Assembly (NCBI GenBank): GCA_964423315.1
Contig: CAYREO010000005.1
Location: 31,834 to 95,833 of the forward strand
DNA from: an uncultured Eubacteriales bacterium
GTDB taxonomy: Bacteria; Acidobacteriota; Aminicenantia; Aminicenantales; Saccharicenantaceae
Length of the DNA: 64,000 nucleotides
Direction of reading: 5' to 3'
Shown here: positions 17,860 to 26,468 of the stretch, in pieces
Layout of the letters: every line of letters begins with the position of its first letter
Numbering within the stretch: position 1 is the first letter of the stretch
The notes under the pieces: generated by a model
Databases searched by the model: none
The model's input: the letters and a program-made list of their open reading frames with translations, nothing else
What the model was told of the DNA's origin: nothing
Program-made: the position numbers and the translations under genes

Positions 17860-19314
17860 TTGCATGGTCTGGCGATGCAGAAAGAAACAGTTCCTGGCTT
17901 CTTGAGACGGCTGAACGTTCTCGATACGGCGTTCCTTGTCGTCGGTGCGGTCATCGGCTCGGGCATCTTCATGACCCCGGGGATCATCGCCGCCGGCCTC
18001 CCCTCCCCCGGGCTCCTCCTTCTCGTATGGATCGCGGGGGGCCTCATCACTTTGTGCGGAGCGCTCGCATTCGCCGAATTGGGGGCCATGTACCCGCAAG
18101 CGGGAGGCCAATACATCTATCTTCGGGAAGCCTACGGGCCGGGGGCGTCATTCCTTTTCGGCTGGGGGTTCTTCGGGTTCATCATGTGCGGAGGGCTGGC
18201 CGCCCTGGCCGTGGCGTTCGCTGAATTCTTAGGGGGCTTCTTTCCGGCGCTCTCGACGGAAAATATAATCCTCACGGTCCGCCTCCCCGGTCTCAGCCAT
18301 TCACTTTCGGCCGGCCAGCTGGTCGCCGCCGGGGCCATTCTCTCTTTGACCGCTGTCAATTCGCTGGGCATCCGGTCCGGAGCGGCCATCCAGAATCTCC
18401 TGACGCTTTTCAGGCTGGGTTCGGTCGCCGCCCTCGTCGTTCTGGGCCTCCTTGTCGGGGCCAAAGGGGGAGCGGACAACTTCCGTCTTCTCTTCCCCCC
18501 GGGGCCGGCTCTCCCCGACCTCCTCCGGCCGATCGGGCTGGCCTTGGTCGCCGTTTTCTGGACGTATGACGGCTGGTATGCGGTCAACTGCACGGCCGAG
18601 GAGATCCGCGACCCCGAGCGGACCATCCCCCGAGGCCTGGCGCTCGGGGTCCTGATTGTGACGCTCTGCTACGTCCTGGTCAATGCCGTCTACCTGCTGG
18701 CCCTGCCGATCGAAGAGATCAGGGGGGTTGTCCGGATCGGCGAAAAAGCGGCCTCGGCCCTGTTCGGGGGCGGCGGCGCCGGTCTTTTCGCGGCCGTGGT
18801 CATGGTCTCGATCTTCGGCTGCCTCAACGCCAATATCCTGTACGGTCCGCGGGTCTACTACGCCATGGCCAAGGACGGTCTCTTTTTCCGGTCCATGGGC
18901 CGCTTGAGCCCCCGGTACCGCGTCCCCGCGAACGCCCTGAGAGGACAAGCCGTCTGGTCCGCGTTCCTGTGCCTGTCCGGGACCTATCAGGCCCTTTACG
19001 AGTACATGGTTTTCGCGTTGCTCATGTTCTTCGCGGCCACGGGCGCGGCCGTCATCGTTTTGCGCCGGAAGTTCCCCGGCCGGACCAGACCCTACCGGAC
19101 GTGGGGATACCCCGTCGTGCCCCTGGTCTTCATGGCCATGAGCGGGGCCGTCTTTCTGAGCATCGTCCTTTCCCAGCCGCTCAAGTCCCTGATCGGCGCG
19201 GTCCTGCTCGGGGCCGGATATCCCGCCTACCTGTGGTGGGGATCCCGCCGTCCTTCTTGGTCAACCGGGAACGACAAAAAGGATATCCAGGAACCGCGAA
19301 ATCGCTTACAATAG
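17860..19314 (+). CDS. APC-superfamily amino acid/polyamine permease
   Basis: 12 predicted TM helices and an APC-family N-terminal signature (FLVVGAVIGSGIFMTPG). TAG stop. Confidence 0.8.
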   Translation: MHGLAMQKETVPGFLRRLNVLDTAFLVVGAVIGSGIFMTPGIIAAGLPSPGLLLLVWIAGGLITLCGALAFAELGAMYPQAGGQYIYLREAYGPGASFLFGWGFFGFIMCGGLAALAVAFAEFLGGFFPALSTENIILTVRLPGLSHSLSAGQLVAAGAILSLTAVNSLGIRSGAAIQNLLTLFRLGSVAALVVLGLLVGAKGGADNFRLLFPPGPALPDLLRPIGLALVAVFWTYDGWYAVNCTAEEIRDPERTIPRGLALGVLIVTLCYVLVNAVYLLALPIEEIRGVVRIGEKAASALFGGGGAGLFAAVVMVSIFGCLNANILYGPRVYYAMAKDGLFFRSMGRLSPRYRVPANALRGQAVWSAFLCLSGTYQALYEYMVFALLMFFAATGAAVIVLRRKFPGRTRPYRTWGYPVVPLVFMAMSGAVFLSIVLSQPLKSLIGAVLLGAGYPAYLWWGSRRPSWSTGNDKKDIQEPRNRLQ

Positions 19315-19338
19315 GGCCCGACGCGAGCGAAAAGCGAT

Positions 19339-21123
19339 ATGACCGACGCGCCTTGCATCGTCCACATCCTTCCCGACGGGACCAAGGTCAAAGCCCGTCC
19401 GGGCGAGATCCTGGCCGACGTCTTGACCAAGGCCGGCGTTCCGCTCTCGCTTTACTGCCATAAGAAGGGCCTCTGCGGCAAGTGTGTCGTCCGCGTCATC
19501 GGCGGTCCCCTCCCCTTCCCTCATCCGGCCGAAGAGGCCTTGATCCGGGGAAAGCGGCTCAGCCCCGATCACAGGCTGGCCTGCCTCTACGAGATCCGGG
19601 GCGACATGACGGTCGAAATACCGCCGACCTCGCTTATCGGCCGGATCACCGTCCTTGAGACCGGCCTGGCGACATCCGTCGTCCCCGATCCCGCCGTGAG
19701 AAAGATCCCCATGACGTTGGAGGCCGGCGACGCCGGCTCCCCGTCGGCCGCTCTCGAACGGCTCGAAACCCGTCTGCAAACCCGCGATCTCGCCATGCCC
19801 CTGGCGGCTCTCGCCAAGCTCGGCGCTGGCGGCATCCCTTCCGGGAGCGAATTCACGGCCGTCCTCTACGGGGACCGCGAGGTCCTCGACATCGAGCCCG
19901 GTGACACGTCGGGCGAGGTCTACGGCTTGGCTGTCGATCTCGGGACCAGCACGATCGTCGCCGAGCTTGTCGACCTCCGGACGGGAGCGACCGTGACCCG
20001 GGCCTCGGCGATGAACAGCCAAGCCTCCTACGGGGCCGACGTCGTCTCGAGGATCACCTTCGCCTTCGAAGACCCCGACAACCTCCGCCGCCTCCGCAAC
20101 GCCGTCGTCCAGCTCCTCAACGAGCTCGTCGCCCAGACGACCCGCACGAGCGGGGTGCCCCGGCACAGGATCTACGACGCCGTCGTCGCCGGGAACACGG
20201 CCATGAACCACTTCCTGTGCGGCGTGCCCGTGGACTCCCTGGCCCTCGCCCCGTTCAACGCCGTCTTCGCCGCGCTGCCGGCGTTCCCGGCCTCGGCGAT
20301 CGGCCTCAATCTGGACCCCCACGCCCGGATCTATGTCGTCCCCAACATCGGGAGCTTCGTCGGCGGCGACATCACCGCCGGCCTGACCGCCTCGGAGATG
20401 GACGCCAAGCCGGGCCGGGAGCTGTTCATCGATCTCGGGACGAACGGCGAGATCGTCCTCAAGAGGGGCAGGGAATTCGCGGCCGCCTCGACGGCCGCCG
20501 GACCGGCTTTCGAGGGCATGAACATCAGCTGCGGCATGCTGGCCGTCGCCGGGGCCGTCCATCGCGCGGAATGGGACAACGGCTTCAAGCTGGGGACGAT
20601 CGACGGCCTGCCTCCGGCCGGGATCTGCGGGACGGGGCTCATCGACGTCCTGGCCCTGGCCCTCGAGCAGGGCCTGCTCGGCCCTGACGGGCGGATCGCC
20701 GCTCCCGGCAAAAAGATCGCGCTTGGAGAGGGTCTCGCCTTGACCCAGCAGGACATCCGGGCCGTCCAGCTGGCCGTGGCCGCCGTCCGGACCGGGGTGA
20801 CACTCATGCTCAGGGAGTTCCAAGTCTCCTCCCGCCAGCTCGACCGGATCCTCGTCGCCGGCGCGTTCGGCAGCTCGCTCGACGTCCGGAACGCCATGGC
20901 CATCGGCCTCCTGCCCCAAGTCCATCCCGGGAGGGTCACCTTCGTCGGGAACTCCTCGCTGGCCGGGGCCCGGAAGCTGCTCCTCGCGGGGCAGGCGCGG
21001 AAGGCCGCCGAGTCGCTGGCGGCGTCCGTGGCCCACGTGTCCCTGGCCGCGCGGCCCGGCTTCCAGGACGAGTTCGTCAAAGCCATGGAATTCCGGCCGT
21101 ACCGGGTAGCTGGTGATAAATGA
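19339..21123 (+). CDS. RamA-like ATP-dependent reductive activase of corrinoid proteins (N-terminal 2Fe-2S ferredoxin domain plus ASKHA/DUF4445 domain)
   Basis: N-terminus has a plant-type ferredoxin Cys pattern (CHKKGLCGKC...C). The C-terminal ~450 aa have the acetate/sugar-kinase-like fold signatures of the COG3894 RACo family. 594 aa. Confidence 0.8.
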   Translation: MTDAPCIVHILPDGTKVKARPGEILADVLTKAGVPLSLYCHKKGLCGKCVVRVIGGPLPFPHPAEEALIRGKRLSPDHRLACLYEIRGDMTVEIPPTSLIGRITVLETGLATSVVPDPAVRKIPMTLEAGDAGSPSAALERLETRLQTRDLAMPLAALAKLGAGGIPSGSEFTAVLYGDREVLDIEPGDTSGEVYGLAVDLGTSTIVAELVDLRTGATVTRASAMNSQASYGADVVSRITFAFEDPDNLRRLRNAVVQLLNELVAQTTRTSGVPRHRIYDAVVAGNTAMNHFLCGVPVDSLALAPFNAVFAALPAFPASAIGLNLDPHARIYVVPNIGSFVGGDITAGLTASEMDAKPGRELFIDLGTNGEIVLKRGREFAAASTAAGPAFEGMNISCGMLAVAGAVHRAEWDNGFKLGTIDGLPPAGICGTGLIDVLALALEQGLLGPDGRIAAPGKKIALGEGLALTQQDIRAVQLAVAAVRTGVTLMLREFQVSSRQLDRILVAGAFGSSLDVRNAMAIGLLPQVHPGRVTFVGNSSLAGARKLLLAGQARKAAESLAASVAHVSLAARPGFQDEFVKAMEFRPYRVAGDK

Positions 21124-22016
21124 GGAGCCTCCTCCTTCAACTCGCAGCGACCCGGCCCATCCTCCTCGACGGCGCCATGGGGACTGAGCTGATGGCCCGC
21201 GGGCTTCCCCGCGGGGCCTGTCCGGAAGCCTGGAACCTCGAACGGCCGGAGGTCGTCGCCGCCGTCCACGCGGATTACTTCGAGGCCGGGTCCGACGTCG
21301 TCTCCACAAATACGTTCGGCGGCAGCCGCATCAAGCTGGCCGGCCACGGGCTCGACGGCCGGACCTACGAGATCAACGCGGCCGCGGCCCGGCTGGCCCG
21401 GGGCGGGGCGCCCGCCGGCCGGTTCGTGGCCGGGAGCGTCGGGCCGACCGGGAAGTTCCTGAAGCCCCAGGGCGGATTCACCGAAGAGGAGTTCGAGGAC
21501 TCCTTCGCCGAGCAGGCCCGCGGCCTGGCCGACGGCGGGGTGGACGTGCTCCTTCTCGAGACGCACTACGACCTTCGGGAAGCCCTGGCCGGGGTGCGCG
21601 CCGCCCGTCGCGTGACGGGGATCCCCGTGTTCGTGACGATGACCTTCAACGCCCACCGCCGCGGCTTCTTCACTCTCATGGGCGACAGCGTCGCGACGTG
21701 CGCCGAAGAGCTCGAGCGGGCGGGGGTCGCGGCCGTCGGGGCCAACTGCACGCTCAACAGCGAGGAAATGGTCGGCGTGATCAGGGCCTTTGGATGGGCA
21801 ACGGCTCTGCCGCTCGTCGCCCAGGCCAACGCCGGCCGGCCCGTTCTGGGCGCGGACGGGAGCGTCGCGTATTCCCAGAGCTTGGACGACTATGTCAAGC
21901 ACGTCCCGGCCCTCATCGGGGCCGGGGCCCGTTTCGTCGGCGGGTGCTGCGGCACAGGCCCCGCCCATATCCGGGCCATGGCCCGGCTCGTCGCGAAAGA
22001 AGGAGTAACCGCGTGA
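21120..22016 (+). CDS. Homocysteine S-methyltransferase domain protein (MetH N-terminal Hcy-binding module, Pfam S-methyl_trans type), stand-alone
   Basis: ILLDGAMGTELM start, TIM-barrel Hcy-domain motifs and the zinc ligand motif GGCCGTGPAHIRAM. Its ATG overlaps the RamA stop (ATGA). Confidence 0.8.
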   Translation: MRSLLLQLAATRPILLDGAMGTELMARGLPRGACPEAWNLERPEVVAAVHADYFEAGSDVVSTNTFGGSRIKLAGHGLDGRTYEINAAAARLARGGAPAGRFVAGSVGPTGKFLKPQGGFTEEEFEDSFAEQARGLADGGVDVLLLETHYDLREALAGVRAARRVTGIPVFVTMTFNAHRRGFFTLMGDSVATCAEELERAGVAAVGANCTLNSEEMVGVIRAFGWATALPLVAQANAGRPVLGADGSVAYSQSLDDYVKHVPALIGAGARFVGGCCGTGPAHIRAMARLVAKEGVTA

Positions 22017-22663
22017 AGGAAGAGCTGTACAGGAACATGACGGAGGCCATCGTGGCCGGCGACCGGGCCCGGTCCGCCGCCCTGGCCGAAGAAGCCGTCA
22101 AGGGCGGTCTGGACCTGCTCGAGGTCATCGAAAAAGGCTATGTCCCGGGCATCCAGGAGGTCGGCCGGCTGTGGGAGGAGGGCGAGTACTTCCTGCCCGA
22201 GCTCATCACGAGCGCCGAGGCCATGAAAATGGCCATGGCCGTGCTCGAGCCCGAATTGGCCCGCCGGAGCCTCAAAGCCCGGACGGGGGGCAAGGTCGTC
22301 ATCGGCACGGTCGAGGGCGACATCCACGACATCGGCAAGAATCTCGTGGCCTCGATGCTCCAGGCGGGAGGGTTCGAGGTCCACGACCTCGGCGTCGACG
22401 TCCGCTTGGAACGGTTCGTCGAGACGGCCGAAGCGGTGGGCGCGGATTTCATCTGCCTCTCCGCCCTGCTGACGACGACCATGACCAACCAGAGGCGGCT
22501 CATCGCCATGCTCCGCGAAAAGGGCCTGCGGGACAAGTACAAGATCCTCGTCGGCGGGGCTCCCGCCAGCGCCAAGTGGGCCGAAGAGATCGGGGCCGAC
22601 GGCTACGCCGAGAACGCCGTGGCCGCCGTCAAGCTGGCCAAGTCCCTGGCCGGCCAGGGTTGA
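22013..22663 (+). CDS. B12-binding corrinoid protein (MtbC/MttC/MtgC-like: helical cap plus Rossmann B12 domain)
   Basis: DxHxxG cobalamin His-ligand motif (GDIHDIGKN) and Rossmann core (KVVIGTVEG...ADFICLSALLTTT). Start assigned to GTG 22013 (GTGA overlap with the upstream stop) because the N-terminal cap helix KEELYRNMTEAIVAGD would otherwise be lost. ATG 22037 is the alternative. Confidence 0.75.
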   Translation: MKEELYRNMTEAIVAGDRARSAALAEEAVKGGLDLLEVIEKGYVPGIQEVGRLWEEGEYFLPELITSAEAMKMAMAVLEPELARRSLKARTGGKVVIGTVEGDIHDIGKNLVASMLQAGGFEVHDLGVDVRLERFVETAEAVGADFICLSALLTTTMTNQRRLIAMLREKGLRDKYKILVGGAPASAKWAEEIGADGYAENAVAAVKLAKSLAGQG

Positions 22664-22683
22664 AGAAGGGAAGGACCGACATC

Positions 22684-24153
22684 ATGATCGAAGCGAAAAG
22701 ACCGAAGCTGGAGCTTCTGGACCGGGCCTTTGTCGAACGCATCGTGGATGAAGGCCTGACGCTCCTCGAGCGCCAGGGGATGATGATCGAGAACCCGGAA
22801 GCGCTCCGCCTTCTCGGAGAGGCCGGGGCGGACATCGACAGCGGCGGCCAAAGGGCCCGCTTGAAAAGGGACCTCGTCGAGACCTGCCTGGCCTCGACGC
22901 CGGCCTCCATCCGCCTTTACGATCGCGGCGGCGAGAAGGCGTTCGTCGTCGGCGGGGACGAGGTCCATTTCGACCCGGGCTCGGCGGCCGTGACCCTCCT
23001 CGACCATACGACCCGGGAGGAGCGCCGGGCGACGACCCGCGACCTCATCGATTTCTACAAGCTCGTCGAGACCCTGGAGAACATCCATTTCCAGAGCACC
23101 GGGCTGATCAGCACGGACGTCCCGGCCGCCGCCTCCGACGCCTACCGGCTCTATCTCGGGTTGTGTTTTTCGGCCAAGCCGTTCGTCACCGGGACCTTCC
23201 GGGTCGAGGGCTTCAAGCCGATGAAAGACCTGCTGGCCGCGGTCCGCGGCGGCGAAGAGGATCTCCGCCGCAAGCCCCTGGCCATTTTCGACGCCTGCCC
23301 CTCCCCTCCCCTCAAGTGGAGCCACCTGACCGCCCAGAGCCTGATCGACGCGGCCCGGGCCGGCATTCCCTCCGAGCTCATCTCCATGGGCATGACGGGG
23401 GCGACCTCGCCGGTGACCATCGCCGGGACCCTCGTCCAGCATGTCGCCGAGAGCCTCTGCGGCGTGGTCATTTGTCAGCTCGCCAAACCCGGCGCGCCGG
23501 TGATCTTCGGCGGTTCGCCGTCGAGCTTCGACATGAGGAAGGGCACAACCCCGATGGGGGCCATCGAGACGATGATGATCGACGCGGCCTACGCCCAGAT
23601 CGGAAAGTTCTTGAACCTGCCCACTCACGCCTACATGGGCCTGAGCGACGCCAAGGTCAATGACCCCCAAGCCGGTTTCGAGACCGCCCTGGGGGCTGCG
23701 CTGGGGGCCCTGGCCGGGGTCAACGTCATCTCCGGGCCGGGGATGCTGGATTTCGAGAGCGCCCAGAGCTTCGAGAAGCTGGTCATCGACGACGGCATCT
23801 GCGCCATGGTCTACCGGCTGCTGGCGGGCATCGCCCAGCGCGACGAGCCCATCGCCCTGGGGCTGTTCGAGGGCTTCACCCCCGACATGCAGTTCCTGTC
23901 CCATCCCCACACGCGGCGCTGGTACAGGAAGGAGCATATGCCCGCCGGGCTCGTTGACCGGGACCCCTACGACGCCTGGGTCGCGGCCGGCCGGACCTCG
24001 ATCGTCGACAAGGCCCATGCCGATGTCGCCCGGCGGATCGGGGCCTATGCGGCGCCCCCGCTGGACAAGGCCCTCGGCCGGGAGCTCGAGAGGATCATGA
24101 CCTCTTACGCCCGCGCCCAGGGCGCCGAGCATCTCCCGGCGCTGAATATCTGA
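22684..24153 (+). CDS. MttB-superfamily (trimethylamine methyltransferase family, COG5598) methyltransferase, non-pyrrolysine type
   Basis: 489-aa TIM-barrel MttB-family protein with no in-frame TAG, hence not a Pyl-dependent TMA methyltransferase. RBS GAAGGGAAGG precedes ATG 22684. The upstream part of ORF 22171..24153 is a spurious extension overlapping the corrinoid gene in another frame. Confidence 0.85.
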   Translation: MIEAKRPKLELLDRAFVERIVDEGLTLLERQGMMIENPEALRLLGEAGADIDSGGQRARLKRDLVETCLASTPASIRLYDRGGEKAFVVGGDEVHFDPGSAAVTLLDHTTREERRATTRDLIDFYKLVETLENIHFQSTGLISTDVPAAASDAYRLYLGLCFSAKPFVTGTFRVEGFKPMKDLLAAVRGGEEDLRRKPLAIFDACPSPPLKWSHLTAQSLIDAARAGIPSELISMGMTGATSPVTIAGTLVQHVAESLCGVVICQLAKPGAPVIFGGSPSSFDMRKGTTPMGAIETMMIDAAYAQIGKFLNLPTHAYMGLSDAKVNDPQAGFETALGAALGALAGVNVISGPGMLDFESAQSFEKLVIDDGICAMVYRLLAGIAQRDEPIALGLFEGFTPDMQFLSHPHTRRWYRKEHMPAGLVDRDPYDAWVAAGRTSIVDKAHADVARRIGAYAAPPLDKALGRELERIMTSYARAQGAEHLPALNI

Positions 24154-24169
24154 GCCCGAACGCGGCCCC

Positions 24170-24187
24170 GACCGCATCAGAGCGGTC
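24170..24187. terminator. Perfect 6-bp-stem hairpin GACCGC-ATCAGA-GCGGTC between convergent genes
   Basis: Lies 14 nt after the MttB stop and overlaps the stop of the convergent MBL gene. No U-tract, so weak as an intrinsic terminator. Confidence 0.25.
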
Positions 24188-25595
24188 AGTCGAGGTCCCA
24201 GATCTCGCGGTACTCGGGGGCCTCGACGGTCCAGCCGCGTTCTTTGCGCACCCGCTCGGCGAAGTTGCGGACGACCTCGCCGTCCCCGTGGGTGACGAAC
24301 AGCCGCCGCGGAGGAGCCTCGAACGCATCGAGCCAGCGGCCCAGGGCCTTGCGGTCGGCATGTGCGGAGAACCCGTTGATCTTGGCCAGCCGGGCCTTGA
24401 CCGGCACGGTCTGGCCGTGGATGCGGACCTGCGGCTGCTTCTCGAGGATCTGGCGGCCCAGGGTGTCCCGGGCTTGATAGCCGACGAACAGGACGGTCGA
24501 CTCCGGACGGGAGATATTGCGCAGCAGGTGGTGCTTGATGCGGCCCCCCGTGCACATGCCCGAGCCGGCCATGATGACCGCCGGCCCTTCGACCTCATTG
24601 AGGGCCTTGGATTCGTCGGGCGTCTGGACGATGGTCAGGCCCGGGAAGGCGAACGGGCTTCTCCCCCGCCGGAAAAGGGCCTTGGCCTCTTCGTCGAGGA
24701 CGTCGAGGTGGCGCTCGAAGGCCTTGGTCACTTCGCGGGCCATCGGGCTGTCGAGAAAGACGGGCACGGGAGGGATGGCCTTTTCCCGGGCGAGGCGGCT
24801 GAGATGGAACATCAGGTCCTGGGCCCGCTCGATGGCGAACGTCGGGATGACGAGGTTGCCCCCGGCCGCCGCGGTCTCCCGGACGATGTCGGCCAGGAGG
24901 TCGGCGACGCGCTTGGGGTCCTCGTGGTCGCGGTCGCCGTAGGTCGACTCCATGACGATGTAATCGGCCTTCTCGAACACGGACGGGTCCTCGACGAACG
25001 GCATGTCCCATTGGCCGATGTCCCCCGAGAAGACCAGCCGACGGTCCCCTCCGTTCCCCCTCGCCCGAACCTCGATCATGGCCGAGCCGAGAATGTGACC
25101 GGCGTCGCGGAAGCGGACCGTCACGGAGGCGTTGAGAGCGACGTCCTCCTCGTAACGGACCTCCTCGACGAGCGGCATCGTCCCCTGGACGCTCTCGGTC
25201 GTATAGAGCGGGACGACGGGATGGGGCCCCTGGCGGCCTTCCTTCTCGTGCCGCTTCTGCTTGTAGGCCGCGTCTTCCTCCTGGATCTTGGCCGAGTCCA
25301 TCAGGGCGATCGACAGGAGGTCGGCCGTGGGCGCCGTCGTCAGCACGGTCCCCGTGAAACCGGAATCGACCAGCCTCGGCAGGAGGCCCGAGTGGTCGAG
25401 GTGGACATGGGTCAGCAGACAGAGGTCGATGTCCCCGGGCGGGATCGGGAAATCGTCCCAGTTCCGTTCGAGATAGGGCCGTTCCTGATAGAGACCGCAC
25501 TCGACGAGAAGCTTCAAGCCGCCGGCCTCGAGATAGTAGCAGGACCCCGTGACCTGGCGGGCGGCCCCGAGAAAGCCCAGCTTCAAGGGTCTCAA
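24186..25595 (-). CDS. MBL-fold metallo-hydrolase with beta-CASP/RNA-metabolising domain
   Basis: HxHxDH motif (THVHLDHSG), beta-CASP motifs and a C-terminal RMMBL-like segment (NGFSAHAD). The start is TTG (25593-25595), overlapping the upstream stop (TTGA). Confidence 0.7.
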   Translation of the reverse strand: MRPLKLGFLGAARQVTGSCYYLEAGGLKLLVECGLYQERPYLERNWDDFPIPPGDIDLCLLTHVHLDHSGLLPRLVDSGFTGTVLTTAPTADLLSIALMDSAKIQEEDAAYKQKRHEKEGRQGPHPVVPLYTTESVQGTMPLVEEVRYEEDVALNASVTVRFRDAGHILGSAMIEVRARGNGGDRRLVFSGDIGQWDMPFVEDPSVFEKADYIVMESTYGDRDHEDPKRVADLLADIVRETAAAGGNLVIPTFAIERAQDLMFHLSRLAREKAIPPVPVFLDSPMAREVTKAFERHLDVLDEEAKALFRRGRSPFAFPGLTIVQTPDESKALNEVEGPAVIMAGSGMCTGGRIKHHLLRNISRPESTVLFVGYQARDTLGRQILEKQPQVRIHGQTVPVKARLAKINGFSAHADRKALGRWLDAFEAPPRRLFVTHGDGEVVRNFAERVRKERGWTVEAPEYREIWDLD

Positions 25596-26458
25596 TACGG
25601 GTGCACCCTGTAGAATTCCGCTTGGGCCGAGAAGAAGAGGGCCTTCGTCCAGATCCTATAGACGACCAGGACCTGCGCCCAGACAAGACCGAGGACGAGG
25701 GTCAAGGTCGAGGCGTCCCCTATCCGGCCGGAGACGAAGAGGTCCGCCGCCCAGCCGGCCAGGACGGCCAGGGCGACGAGAAGATACAAGCCCCAGGCCC
25801 GGAAGAAGCGCTTTTTCAGGAAGCCGAGCGCCAGCCGGAGGGCCCGGAAGGCCCGCCGCTCCTCGTCGGCGACGATGACGATCCGCGCGTAGTCGAAGAC
25901 CATGTGGACGATCGACAGGAGGAGGAGGGCGATCAGGAAACGGACGTTGGACAGGATGAGGAGGGGCCATTCCGTCCGGGCGCTGTCGATCCAGGGCTTC
26001 AACCCGGCCGCAAGGAGGCTGAGAAGGCCGCCGAAGAGAGCGGCGTAGAAGAGAAGCGACAGAAGGAACAGGCGGAAGAAACGGCCGGCGTAGCGGCCGC
26101 AGTCGGCCAGGAACGATGCCAATGTCGCCGGCCCCTCCCGGTCGAGCAGGCGGCCGATGATCCCCCCGTTGAGGAAAATATAGAAGAGGACGAAGAGGAG
26201 GGCCGGCAGGGCCATGCCCGCGGCGATGGCCGGCAAGGAGGGACCGTAATTGAAGATCATCTCCCCCAGCCACATGATGTCGAGGACCCGGACGCCCGAG
26301 CCCAGCAGGGAATGCCCGAGCTCCTTCTGGATGAGGGCGAGGACGGGGAAGGCGACGACCAGGGCGAAGACGGCATTGACGGCCCAGAGGTAGAGGAGGA
26401 CCCGCCTCTTGCGGAACGTGTTCCCGATCCCGGTGCCGATCGATCGGATGACGGACAT
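25592..26458 (-). CDS. Hypothetical polytopic membrane protein
   Basis: 288 aa with about 7 hydrophobic helices. Co-directional and overlapping with the MBL gene. Confidence 0.45.
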   Translation of the reverse strand: MSVIRSIGTGIGNTFRKRRVLLYLWAVNAVFALVVAFPVLALIQKELGHSLLGSGVRVLDIMWLGEMIFNYGPSLPAIAAGMALPALLFVLFYIFLNGGIIGRLLDREGPATLASFLADCGRYAGRFFRLFLLSLLFYAALFGGLLSLLAAGLKPWIDSARTEWPLLILSNVRFLIALLLLSIVHMVFDYARIVIVADEERRAFRALRLALGFLKKRFFRAWGLYLLVALAVLAGWAADLFVSGRIGDASTLTLVLGLVWAQVLVVYRIWTKALFFSAQAEFYRVHPY

Positions 26459-26468
26459 GCCTCCCTCC

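Noticed and set aside
19315-19338. Cobalamin or SAM riboswitch upstream of the corrinoid methyltransferase cluster
   Set aside because: The gap to the upstream permease is only 24 nt, and no B12-box-like sequence was recognised. The cluster is probably co-transcribed or uses a promoter inside the permease 3-prime end.
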